A DNA stretch of 64,000 nt. It comes from the human T2T-CHM13v2.0 reference genome, Homo sapiens. Shown in pieces: positions 1-17,383 of this stretch. The stretch is taken from the NCBI RefSeq assembly GCF_009914755.1, contig NC_060925.1. One strand, given 5' to 3'. Each line of letters starts with the position of its first letter. The stretch's first letter is position 1. The translations under genes were made by a program, and so were the position numbers. A model generated the notes under the pieces. The model saw nothing but the letters and a program-made list of their open reading frames with translations. It did no database searches and was not told the DNA's origin.

Positions 1-283
1 GTTTCAGCATGTTGGCCAGGCTGGTCTCAAACTCCTCACCTCAAGTGTGATCTGCTTGCTTCAGTCTCCCAAAGTGCTGGGGTTACAGGTGTGAGCCACC
101 ATGCCCGGCCAACCTTTGCTATTTTAATGTGTATTTTGAGACTTTAGGAGCACAGATGGGCTTTATCTGTAATTTTATTTGTCCTGTCTTACTACTTTCA
201 TTAAATAAAGTTTTGTTTAACATATCTATCATGAAGTTGCAGCTTAAATAAAATAACTAATGATGTCTTTAATGTGAATACAG

Positions 284-360
284 GGATGAAAGAAGAGAAG
301 AACCTTCAGGAAGGAAATGAAGTTGATTCTCAGAGCAGTATTAGAACAGAAGCTAAAGAG
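284..360 (+). CDS. ZC3H11A: ZC3H11A internal coding exon (..MKEEKNLQEGNEVDSQSSIRTEAKE)
   Basis: cag| acceptor at 281-283 and |gtaaat donor at 361. Splices in frame to the next exon and matches the recalled ZC3H11A C-terminal half. Confidence 0.93.
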
Positions 361-559
361 GTAAATTTAAGATCATTGTATGGTTTTGTTCATGGCAAAC
401 AAAGGCTAGATAATTGGTAGTTTTACCTTACAGTAAATTTCTAACTACTTCATTCATATATTAGGTAAACAGTCTTTCTTTTTACTTATAATTTCTTATG
501 AGAATTTCCTGTAGTTCTATGTATATCAGTATTCGCTGCCCTTTTAAAGTTTTTTGTTT

Positions 560-690
560 GCCGGGCGCGGTGGCTCACGCCTGTAATCCCAGCACTTTGG
601 GAGGCTGAGGCGGGCGGATCACGAGGTCAGGAGATTGAGACCGTCCTGGCTAACACGGTGAAACCCCGTCTCTACTAAAAATACAAAAAA
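560..690 (+). mobile_element. AluY left monomer only, with 15-bp TSD
   Basis: AluY diagnostics (gatcacgaggtcaggag..tcctggctaacacggtg). Ends at the mid A-rich linker. TSD taaagttttttgttt at 545-559 and 691-705. Confidence 0.85.
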
Positions 691-732
691 TAAAGTTTTT
701 TGTTTAATTGGCCATTACTTTTTTTTAACTGA

Positions 733-1137
<405 letters not shown>

Positions 1138-1537
1138 TTCTTCGACCTTTTTGTTTATATATGCATGCATGTGAATTTGTTTAATGTTAAACCCATGTTT
1201 AGAACATAATGGAGAACTCTACAGTGTATCATTTTACAGCCTGCTTTAACTTTACCATGTTAATAATTCTTCAAGAAGTTTGTTTTTACTGACCACATGA
1301 TTCTCCATTATACAAATACAGTCTTTTTCTGGACATTCAGATTTTGTTTTACACAATTTAAAGTAATATATTTGTACATAAATCTTTGTGCAGGTATTTG
1401 ATTATTTAGGAATCATTAGTATTTGACTTAGAGTCATGGTTGTCTAGCCTGTGGAATCTGGGTTTTTTATTATTCCATCCATCTGTAATTCTAATCTTTC
1501 ATCTTTAACAGGGTATTGTCTATTTAACATCAAATAA

Positions 1538-2071
<534 letters not shown>

Positions 2072-2421
2072 TGAATTTCATTTGCCTTCTATCCACAGGT
2101 AGATAGTAATATTTCTGATATTTTTATACAGAGGCAAAACGAGATGAATTCTTTTCTCAGAATTTAAAATTGCTATTTAAAAAGCTTTGTGTAAAACTTT
2201 CTATGGTGCATCTTTCCTCTGGTATTGAATAAAAACAAGGAATAGAGGAATGGTAACAAATTTAAGTGGTATTGTATCTACATGGTGACCACCTGTAGTG
2301 ACCACCATGTGACCACAAATTGCCTTTGAATCGTTTTCAGTCTCTTTTTAAATGAATTATTTGTGGTATTTCTAGTACTGAAGGAGTTTTGATATTTTAT
2401 TCTGAATTATTCCCCATTTAA

Positions 2422-2751
<330 letters not shown>

Positions 2752-3009
2752 TAGTAATTTGGGTTACTACTGTATTTTATACTTACAGTTTGATATTTGT
2801 GAAGTAGCAGGACAGGATTTTTTAAAAGCTAATTTTTAGGTGGCAAGATATTTTGCTTATTTATATACTCAACCTTTAGATTATCGATTCTTAGATTCAC
2901 AGGCTTAAAGAATCATAGCCACAATTCTAAGAAGGCAGCAAAAGAAAATGAATATGCTCAAATTAAAAAGCCTGACTCTCACTGAATTACCTGACTCTTC
3001 CTTTTGTAG

Positions 3010-3077
3010 GCTGTTGTCCCGCTTGTCTCTGAGGACAAATCAGTCACTGTGCCTGAAGCAGAAAATCCTAGAGACAG
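3010..3077 (+). CDS. ZC3H11A: ZC3H11A penultimate coding exon (AVVPLVSEDKSVTVPEAENPRD)
   Basis: ttttgtag| acceptor ending at 3009 and AG|gtaata donor at 3078. 68 nt, phase-compatible with both neighbours. Confidence 0.93.
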
Positions 3078-3139
3078 GTAATACTTTGTAATTCTTTCTA
3101 AACAAACTCCAGGCCCCTGTTACTGTTTAGGCTCTCTAG

Positions 3140-4352
<1,213 letters not shown>

Positions 4353-6080
4353 AGGTGGTAGTGAGGACACTTTAAAAAAAAAATCGCCAAAAAACTGGAC
4401 TTAGTTTCATCTATTGTAACATTTACCTGAGATGATCATTTCTTTAGTCTAGAATTTGCCCCAAATCAGAAGTATACCTCTGAATTATCTGTATGTGTCC
4501 TGGATTCCTTGGGGTCAGATTTTTAAAGTTACTTTATAACCATTTTGTCCATTTGATGCCATTGTTTATCATCTTTTGAGAAAAAAGTTCTGTCATACCC
4601 TTCTCTCCACAAAAAAGAGACTGAGAGGGAGATCAAGTGAAAGGGTGCAAGCGAACTTAGTGACTCCTTGAGGTGTTTGTCAGTTTTGGCTTTTTTCTTC
4701 TTTGTTGTATTCTTTATGTATTGTCTTGATGTACTTAATATTACCTGAGTTTGAAATGGATGAAGACAGCTGCTACCATTAAGGACCAAATTTTATGCTA
4801 CCACTAAACAAAAATACCCACTCAGTCTGTGTTAAATTGTATGTCTTTTTAAAGGTATTTAAAGATTCAACTAAGCTTTAAAGAGGGCTGAGCAGCTCAG
4901 GAAGCCTGTAATGTGGGCATAACTCTTTGGACCTGATCTTGATGCTTCTGCTGCTCTGTTAGCCTCTGAAGAGCAATATCTAATTTATTATTACTGTAAT
5001 TTTTTAAAAGGCTTTAAAGTGCCTCAGGGGTCCCCTGAAACTAATTTTCTATTTCTGGGATTCCCTGGATTCATTATATGAGATGGTGACATGATTAGAG
5101 GAATTCTTTTTTAGTATGAAAATTGTCCCTTTTCTTCTTCAGTACTTGCCTCCTTGCTGGCATTGAATTAACACAGGGACAAAATTTGGTTAATTTTTTA
5201 TTTCTAACTCTCCCAACAAACCCCTGTTGCCCAGTATTTGTTTGGTGGCCTTTAACCACCTGAGGGAAAAAATGAGCTTATTCAAGCTGCCAATATTTAT
5301 CTATGGGCTGTAGCAGTACACTGAATTGTACTGTGCCAGGGATATTGAGATGCTCTGGGGGTGTATTGTATACCTGCCAGTTTTCTTCATTTCTGAATTG
5401 AGTTTTCTTTTCTTGATGTTGGTTTCCTTCATATCACCTCAAGGTTTAGATTTGTGAAGGAATAAGCATGATGGAAATAATAGTCTTGAAAGGAGATATG
5501 TTGTATATAATCAGGAGGAAGAGGAAGGAAGGACTTACCCATTTTGATATTTTGCTGTAGGTGGCCAGTTTTGTTTCTCATAGGGAAATCTGACCCACCT
5601 GTCATGTTGGCTCCTAAGGAACTGCTGTTGTAAGCGGCTCATCAAGAGTTGAACTTCACGTAGCCTTGTTGGGAATATGGAAAAGGAAGAAAGCCACAGG
5701 ACTGCCCATTCAGTCTTGGGAAGATTGGGATGATTCTGCACAAGCAAAAATGACTGAAGTTTATGTATAGACACACCTCTACCAATCCATCTTCAGCTGA
5801 CTGAATGTTGTATGATAGCCCTTCTCCAAAGCAGAGGTAGAATGTTCAGGTTTCACCATGGATTTTCTACTTATTTCGTTTTTGGAATCAGCTTACAGAT
5901 TCCAGGTCCCTTTTGTATATATTCTTTATTCTTTTGCTTTTTTAAAAAATAATTTTGTTTCATATTTAAAGCACTTGTATTAGTCAATGTTTCGTGTTCC
6001 GCATTATTTGAACCATTTGCCCTTACAGAAAGAGAAATACTTGTTTGTGTTTTAAATAAAACTGATGTAGGAAAGTCTTG
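4353..6080 (+). other. ZC3H11A: ZC3H11A 3' UTR (~1.7 kb, repeat-free; end approximate)
   Basis: Unique AU-rich sequence from the stop codon to AATAAA at 6055, followed by a GT-rich downstream element. Two Pumilio-type TGTATATA motifs at 5502 and 5914. Confidence 0.8.
6055..6060 (+). terminator. ZC3H11A polyadenylation signal AATAAA
   Basis: U-rich upstream sequence, AATAAA, then gatgttgtg about 20-30 nt downstream. Confidence 0.8.
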
Positions 6081-6396
6081 ATGTTGTGAGCTAAGTAATC
6101 TTACATCATCATATCAGCCTGGGATCCATCTTGACAAGAGACCCCAGACAGAATGCTATTGGCCTTTCGTGTAAGTGCCCGAATTTCAGTTATTATTTGG
6201 CTTAGAAACCTTTCATCTGGATATATTGCCAAATTTACAAGTGTGCTCAATTTTAGCTGCATATGCTTTAGGTAAGAATTTATATTATTATAATGTGAGG
6301 ATTTTTTTTCTGACACGGATACTTACTCCTTAGTGTTGTAACTCAAGCAATGCCATTAAGTTTTTAAAAGGAGGGAGGGTTTAAAAGTGATCTTAG

Positions 6397-6456
6397 GGAG
6401 TCTCTCTGGGCCTACTCTGGCTCAAGAGGCTGATAAAAAATAAATAAATGAATAAA
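6397..6456 (+). mobile_element. Micro-insertion: ~37-nt MER57/MER51-like LTR R-region fragment with A-rich tail
   Basis: TT/AAAA target at 6381-6386; imperfect direct repeats taaaagtgatctt (6382-6394) and taaacttgatctt (6453-6465); A-rich tail. Family assignment is from recall. Confidence 0.55.
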
Positions 6457-7804
6457 CTTGATCTTTAGAGTCAACGATTTAGAATTTTCAAGCATGAAGG
6501 TGCAGCAGATAAGAAATTTAATTTATGGAAGTCCAGGTTTCTTAATATGTGTGCCAATTTTTAAAATTGTAGGAAAGTATATGTTTGTTAGCTACCAAAG
6601 AACATAGATTTTTCCTATTAGTCTAAAAGTCGTCCCAACAAGTTGAATCAACTTTTCACAAAAAGCAAAAGACTATAGTTTTGAATGATAGTTTTTCATT
6701 TTAACAGTAAGAAAAGGGCCCAAATATTCCAGTTTGGTTATAGCCAGAAATAAGATAGTTTTATGTTTCATATATTTTATCTCAAGATAATAATTCCTAA
6801 AGTTCTAGCCTTAACCCTAAATCTCAGTGGTTCTTCTTTAAAGCTAGAACATAGTGTGTTTTCATCTTGATCAGTATTTGAAAGATGAGACTGATGTTTA
6901 CTAATTACAATTGCAGTAACAAAGCTTGATCTATTAATATATTGATCAGAGTTCCATGATCCTTTTCTAAAATGGTGGCTTTATTTTGCCAGAATAATTC
7001 TGCAGGGTGTTTTTTTTAAGACAGAGTCTCACTCTGTTGCCCAGGATAGAATGCAGAGTGGCACAATCTTGGCTCACTGCAACTCTTGCCTCCCAGTTTC
7101 AAGCGATTCTCCTGCCTCAGCCTCCTCAGTAGTTGGGATTACAGGGGTGCACCACCACACCTGGCTAATTTTTATATTTTTAGTAGAGACAGGATTTCAC
7201 CATGTTGGCCAGGCTGGTCTGGAACCCCTGACCTCAAGTGATAGGCCTTCCTCGGCCTTCCAAAGTGCTGGGATTACAGGTTGTGAGCCACCACGCCCAG
7301 CCAACAGTTCTGCAGTTCTGTAAAGTATTTGATTGCTTTGAATTTGGCTGTAGCACAGGAAATACATGGTCTCCAGTTGTAACTGCTTAATAGGTAAAAC
7401 TTAAATTAGCTAACATTTATTGAGTACTTATTGTGTATCTTTAATTCACGTCCTCATTTTGACACTAAATTATACAGTACATTAAAGATGACTATTCCCG
7501 CACTGAAGTTTCAGGGTCAGTATGTTTATATATTATGTGCCATTGGGTTTGATTAGTAGATCTTTTCAAGAGTGTTTTTTAAAATCATGACTTTATGAAG
7601 CTGCTCAGTAACCCTGAAAATTCCTACAACCCAGACATTTAACTGCATTAATAATTAAGACTCCAAACCGCAATTTATTTTGAATTTGCAAAAAGATATT
7701 AGTTAAGGGGCATGAACACAATTAAAATCCTTGACCATTCTCTTAAGTTTGTTCAATAAAGTGGGCAAAAAATAAGTAATGACCGTAAATAAGAACAGCA
7801 ATCA

Positions 7805-8059
<255 letters not shown>

Positions 8060-8734
8060 TTACAGTGAGCCGAGATCAATCACCACTGCACTCCAGCCTG
8101 AGCAACAGGGCAAGACTCCATCTCAAAAAAATTTTTTTTGGATTTATATTTACTGAGAGGGTCTGTTACTAAGGTATTTAGATTTGGTTGGATTTAACTG
8201 CTAAAATGTTGTAGAGTCTGAATCTATGGCATGGTAAAGAATAATCACAGCCATTCAGCAAGTTGTGAAGCTTCTGGTTGGGATGAAAGAAACTTCAAGC
8301 TGAGAGGAAGAATGTTCTGAAATATTTGGGAGGTTTGGCAGACTCCTTTCTCAGGGGTATGTTCATTTGGGCCAGTGATTCTGAAGCCCACTTTGCAGAT
8401 ATCTTAGGTGTGTCATGAAGTTTTACAAGAACATTGTGAGTAGTTGCAATAACAAAAGGAAACAAATGTTTCATATTACTTTCCATTATCCGTGTCTCAG
8501 GTATTCTTCCAGAGATACTTTAGCCATGTGTAAGTGAATACACTTCCATACAATATCATGCGTAAAACACATGACATTCTGAACCCTGCCGTTTTTATTA
8601 AAGAAAATTTCAAATGTATTTAGAATTAAAGTATAATAAACTCCACATAGTCACCCAGTTTCAACAATTGCAGATTCATGGCCAATCCTCTCTTCTTTAC
8701 CTTACCAACTATCCATCACCCCCTATTCTGACCT

Positions 8735-8882
8735 ACTTGACTGGGCTGAGGGTGAGGCAAGCAAGGTATTGGGCACAATTTAAGGAGGCACTCACTTTTC
8801 AAGGCTTGTATTTGCACATGTGATTGTGATTCCTACAATTATGCTCAATCCTTAGCCTTGCCTTATCTGAGATCTGGCCCTG
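8735..8882. mobile_element. MER91-like hAT-Tip100 MITE remnant
   Basis: agggtgaggcaagc..gcacaatttaaggaggcac motif and a terminal ggccctg. Confidence 0.5.
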
Positions 8883-9386
8883 CTGGCTCCACTGAGTTAT
8901 TTTGAAGTAAATCTCAAGCATAGTATACCTTGCTTTTTTTTTCATCATGTATATTGGATATCGTTTCATATCGGGACACAAAGACCTTTAATCTTAGTAA
9001 CAGTTGCATAGAATTGCACCCTATGAAGATGCAGTAATTTATAATAGTCCCTATTGATAGACATTTAGGTTGCTTCCCATCTTGGTATTTTAAACAATGT
9101 TGTGATGATTACATTATACCACACATGTAAGTTTGTATGGAGGATAAGTACCTAGAAATAGAGCTTAATAATTTACAGTACCACTATTTTTTCATTTCCA
9201 ATCTAATAAGAGAAATAGTACTTCAGTGTAGTTTGGTGTGCCTTTCTTTTTTTTCTTTTGTGACAGACATTCTGAATGTAGCCTTTCTGTTATGAGTGAA
9301 GCTGGGCATCTTTTCATGTTTAAAGACCACTCCTATATCCTTTGCTACAAACTGATGCTCACATCCATTGCCAATTTTAATTTTGA

Positions 9387-10314
<928 letters not shown>

Positions 10315-11169
10315 GCATTCTTTTTCAGGAACTCTACATATTAGTAAAATTAATCATTTTTCAGATGTAATGCAAACATATTTTTCCTAGATGTTTTGAC
10401 TTTGTTTATTGTTTCCCTTTTTAGTCATGCATAATTTTATTTTTATGTAGTTGCATTTATCATTCTTTTTTTCCCCTAAAAACCAGCTAGAGCATACAAT
10501 TGAGGAAAAGATAGAATTTTTAAGAAGAAGAGAGATGAAATAGCTAAGGTTGAACTTAAGAAATCACAAGGTCTATATGAAGACAACCAAAAACTTTTGA
10601 AAGATTCAAAGGAAAGTTTGAACAAATAAAAAGACATCATGTACTTGGATTTAAAAAAGTAATCCTGGCCAGGTTCAGCTAACACGTGTAATCCTAGCAC
10701 TTTGGGAGGCCAAGGCAGGAGAATCACTTGAGGCCGGGAGTTCAAGACCAGCCTGGTCAATATAGCAAAACCCCGTCTCTACTAAAAATACAAAAAGTTA
10801 GCCAGGTGTGGTGGTGCACACCTGTGGTCCTAGCTATTCCAGAGGCTGAGGTGGGAGGATCGCATGAGCCCTGGTGGGGAGGTTGCAGTGAGCCGAGATT
10901 GTACCACTGCATGTCAGCCTGTGCCATATCAGGAGATCCTGTCTAAAAAGAAGGTGGGGGAGGGCGGTGGGGAAAAATAAATAAACACGCTGTCTTAAAG
11001 TCAGACAACATGACACTCTGTTGGGTTTGGGTGGGGGAATGATTTTTTTAAAGACTGGGTCTCACTATGTTGCCCAGGCTGGAGTGTAGTGGCTATTTAT
11101 AGGTGCCATTACAGCTCACTGCACTCTTGAACTAGGCTCAAGCAGTCCTACTACGTCAGCCTCCCCTAG

Positions 11170-12274
<1,105 letters not shown>

Positions 12275-13015
12275 TAATTTTGATTCTGCCATTTGCCCTA
12301 ATCCGTGTTCCCTTAGGCAAGTCCTTTCAAAAGTCTAAACTTCAGTTTCCTCCTCTATAACATGTGTATGCCAATTAAATGAAATCTCTGCCAGGCCACA
12401 AGCCATGACACAATGGAAAGGTAGGTGGACTTTGGGGTCAGGCACACCTACAAATTCCAGCTGCTCCACTTAGTAGCTGTGTTATCCAGGGAAGGACATG
12501 TTCTGACACTGGCTGACGCCTAACTGTGTGCACACATAGACAATTATTTCATTGAATCTTTAAGCCCCTGAGTAAAGTTAATCTTTACTATAATCTCCGT
12601 TTTGGAAACTAAGCCAAGACATGGCGAGGCTGAGTAATTTATCCTTGGTCACCAACTCTAAAAGAGCTGGATTTGCGCCCAGCATGTGGATTTCAGCGTC
12701 TTCCTGGTAAATCGCCACCCTCAGTTGCCACCTGAACAGTAACTCTCCACGAAATGGATGAGAATTGAATCCGTAACTGGAGGGAACCAGGCGTCTGGCT
12801 TTGGAATGCAGACCGCCTCTGGCCGACTGCCAGAGGTGGGAAGCCTGAAGTTTGGGCTCCTTGCCGCCCTACCCTTTCCACCACAACGCTGCTATCAAGC
12901 CTAAACTCCAGCAAAATAGGCTTTAGGAAAGGCACGAAATTAACTCATTTTACACATAGAGATACACACTGGGACGATTTTGGCTTTTCAAGCTAACTCA
13001 GAAAATGGAGATACA

Positions 13016-13433
<418 letters not shown>

Positions 13434-13610
13434 TCAGTTTGGCCTCCCTCGGAGGCCATGCAGCGAAGAAACGTGACTTCATGGCTAGAGGGGCATTTCC
13501 CAGGAGCCGCCCATGCCGCCGCGTGACCTTCACACTTCCGCTTCCGGTTCTTTATTCCGGAAGTTGCTCTCAGAGGCAGCGTGCGGGTGTGCTCTTTGTG
13601 AAATTCCACC

Positions 13611-13664
13611 ATGGCGTACCGTGGCCAGGGTCAGAAAGTGCAGAAGGTTATGGTGCAGCCCATC
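13611..13664 (+). CDS. SNRPE: SNRPE (Sm-E) exon 1 CDS: MAYRGQGQKVQKVMVQPI
   Basis: Strong Kozak ccaccATGg; matches the Sm-E N-terminus; followed by U12-type donor GTATCCTA. Confidence 0.96.
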
Positions 13665-14146
13665 GTATCCTACGCAGGATGTCAGGACTAGGAGGTTCGG
13701 GTCAGAATACGGGGTGCGAAGGCGCAGGCTGAGGGCAGGCCTGGGATAGTGGAGTACGGATCCACATCCCATGAGCCCCCGGGGCTACCAAGACTGGAAG
13801 AAAGCGCGGGTAGTTGAACCGTGATGGTGGGGAGGTGGTCTTGGGGGGACCCCTGCCGTGGGGAATGCAGGAATGGACGCGGCAAAAGGAGGGAAGAGAA
13901 CTTCAGGTGCGGAGTGAAAACGGGAGTTAACGGTTTTGGGAAACTCCAGGGGGATGAAAGTGGAATGGATGTTCTTTAGTCTTTAGAAGACCCGTAACGA
14001 ATGCCCAGCTGGGCACTTGTTGTTTGCGTAAGCACCAGACCTCGCGTTTAGTAAACAAAGGTGAGACGGGAATAGCGTCGTCCGGTTGTTTCAGGAAGCA
14101 GAGTCTATGCTGCTTTTGTATTTTTTCCTTAGCCACTGTGGTGCAG
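13665..14146 (+). other. SNRPE: U12-type (minor spliceosome) GT-AG intron 1 of SNRPE
   Basis: 5'ss GTATCCTA (consensus RTATCCTT). Branch site TTCCTTAGC at 14125-14133, ~15 nt before the AG, with no polypyrimidine tract after it. Confidence 0.9.
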
Positions 14147-14173
14147 AACCTCATCTTCAGATACTTACAAAAT
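14147..14173 (+). CDS. SNRPE: SNRPE exon 2 (27-nt microexon, NLIFRYLQN)
   Basis: cag| at 14144-14146 and |gtacgt at 14174; in frame. Confidence 0.95.
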
Positions 14174-15080
14174 GTACGTAAGTTGCTTGTTTCGTAACTA
14201 CTTTTTAAATAAGAGGTGAACTGATTTAGTTTTTTGTGTTAACCTGAGCGATCGCTGTGTTCTAGAATTTAAAAATAGATGTAACTGGAGATTGGAGGGT
14301 AATTGAGGGGAAGGAGTACTTAGAAAGCACTAATGTGATGAAGTGGTGTGTATCCATGCCACTTCCCAACATGCAAAGAATTGTATCCATTACTTTGCAA
14401 GATCAAAAATACTTTTTAATTCCAAAAAGTATTATTAGCAGACTTGACCATGGTATTTGGGCATCAGTAGTTTTGTTAGTAGTGATTATGGCTAGAACAT
14501 TGGAACCTCTCCCCTTTAGGATGAAACATTGGAAGAAAAACCCAGCCAACTTAAACCATGTCAAGAGGTGGTGTGTTTAATACCTGTGGGAAAACTTAAA
14601 GACGAAAAAAGGAAGAGAGAAGGGGTAGCTTCAGAGGAGTTTAGTGGCAGCTGCTTTCCTTTGAGGGAAATTTTAGCAACTTAAATTTTATAGTGTGATA
14701 ACACAACTGAAAAACATTAATTTCAGGTGATAATAATTCTTAACCACCTGAATTGAGGGCTCCTGTCCTAGTTGTTAGGTGTGTGACATGAGAAGGCTTT
14801 GTTTTGGAACTGGATTTTGCTGCAGGAGATAAGCCCTTGGTCATTAGAAATTACTGCTTTGTGCTATGCTGTCAAAAACTTTCACTCTTAATAGATTGAG
14901 ACCAGAAGCAGTAAGAAATATTGAGTCCCAAAATCACAGGAAAATTATTAGCTTATACAGTTCCAATATAGAACTTATTAAATGAAAATTCTTTTTGAGG
15001 TTATTATTATTGGTGAATAATTCTTAGATATGGGCTAATTAGTTAAAACTTTTGACTTACATTCATTACAATTTTTTTAG

Positions 15081-15506
<426 letters not shown>

Positions 15507-15604
15507 TGATCCACCTCCCTCGGCCTCCGAAAGTGCTGGGATTACAGGCGTGAGCCACCGCGCCCGGCCCTATTTTTCTTTTTTTAACGTTTCCACTTTT
15601 ATGA

Positions 15605-15742
<138 letters not shown>

Positions 15743-16982
15743 TAGCCAGAACAGTGTATAAAAAGTCAAAGATCCAACCTAAGGAAAGTTTTTCAGGTGC
15801 TGCTGTTTAGCCTTTTTTCATTGTTGATAGATAAGGATTGGGTAGTTTTTAATAGGGAAAATAACTTTTAATTCATTTTCTTTCCTCTGTCTATGTTGAG
15901 AAGAAAATTTGTATTTGATTTTTGAGAAAGGGCCTTGTTCTGTTGCTTAGGCTGGAGTGCAGTGGCACAATCATGGCTCGTTGCAGCCTCAACCTCCTGG
16001 GCTCAAGTAGTCCTCCTGCCTCAGCCTCCCAAGTAGCTAGGATCAGAAGCGTGCACCATCACAGCCTGCTAAATTTTTATTTTTTATAGAGATGAGGTCT
16101 CACTGTGTTGCCCAGGCTGGTCTCAAACTCCTAGGCTCAAGTGATTCTCCCACCTCAGCCTCTCAAAGTCTTGGGATTACAGGCATGAGCCACAACGCCT
16201 GGCTGAAAATTAACTTTTAAAAATTATTCGAAAAAAAAATATTGAGCGACAATGTTAGTATGGAGAGGGGGGACAAAATAAATGAAATTAGGGAGGGTGG
16301 GGTTATTTGTTGTGGGTTAGGTGATACCTGAATAGAGAGCTCAGTGGGGTTAGTTAAATAAGGCTTCTGGGATAGCAGGCTACCCTAAATTTTTTTTTTT
16401 TAAGTTGGGGTCCGGCTCTGTCACCCAGGTGCTCTCAGCTCACTGCAATCTTGAACTCCTTGGCTCAAGTGATTTTTCCACCTCAGCCTCTAGTAGCTGG
16501 GAACTATAGGCATACACCACCATGTCCAGCTAATTTTTAAATATTTTGCTGGGCAAGGTGGCTCACGCCTGTAATCCTAGCACTTAGGGAGGCCGAGCAT
16601 GATGAATCACTTTAGCTCCAGAGTTCGAGACCAGCCTGGGCAACATGATGAAACCCTGTTTCTACCAAAAATACAAAAAGTAGCCAGGCATGGTGGTGCG
16701 CCCTGTAGTTCCAGCTACTTGGGGGGAGCTGAGGCAGAAGAATTGCTTGAACCCAGGAGGTCCAGCTGCAGTAAGCCGAGGTTGCACCACTGCACTCTAG
16801 CCTGGAAGACAAAGTGAGATCCTTTCTCAAAAAAAAAAAAAAACTTTGGGTGGAAGGTGGGGTGGGGCTTGAGAAGAGTGAATCTTTGAAGTTAGTTGGA
16901 GTTTTTATCTGCATAGGTATACTCATTTAAAATGGTTTGAATGTGATTTTCTTTGAAGATAACAGTTTGTTTATTTTTCTAG

Positions 16983-17090
<108 letters not shown>

Positions 17091-17383
17091 TAGAAATATT
17101 TTATTCACTTGCAGAATTCAGTGACCTGCAACTCAGTTCATGTTTGAATTTATTTTGCATTTGAGAAGTTATTATTCAGAGTAGTAGTACACTTTTGAAA
17201 TCATCCTCTACTACTCACTCCTCACCACACTCCATTTTGGCTTCTCCACCCAGAGAGCTCTCACCAAGGGAACCAAAGACTAGTGGTATTAAATCTAATG
17301 ATCAGTACTAATCCTCATTTTATTAAACTCTCAACAGCATTTGGCACTGTTGGCTGCTCCCTCCTTAAAGCGCTTTGTTCCCG

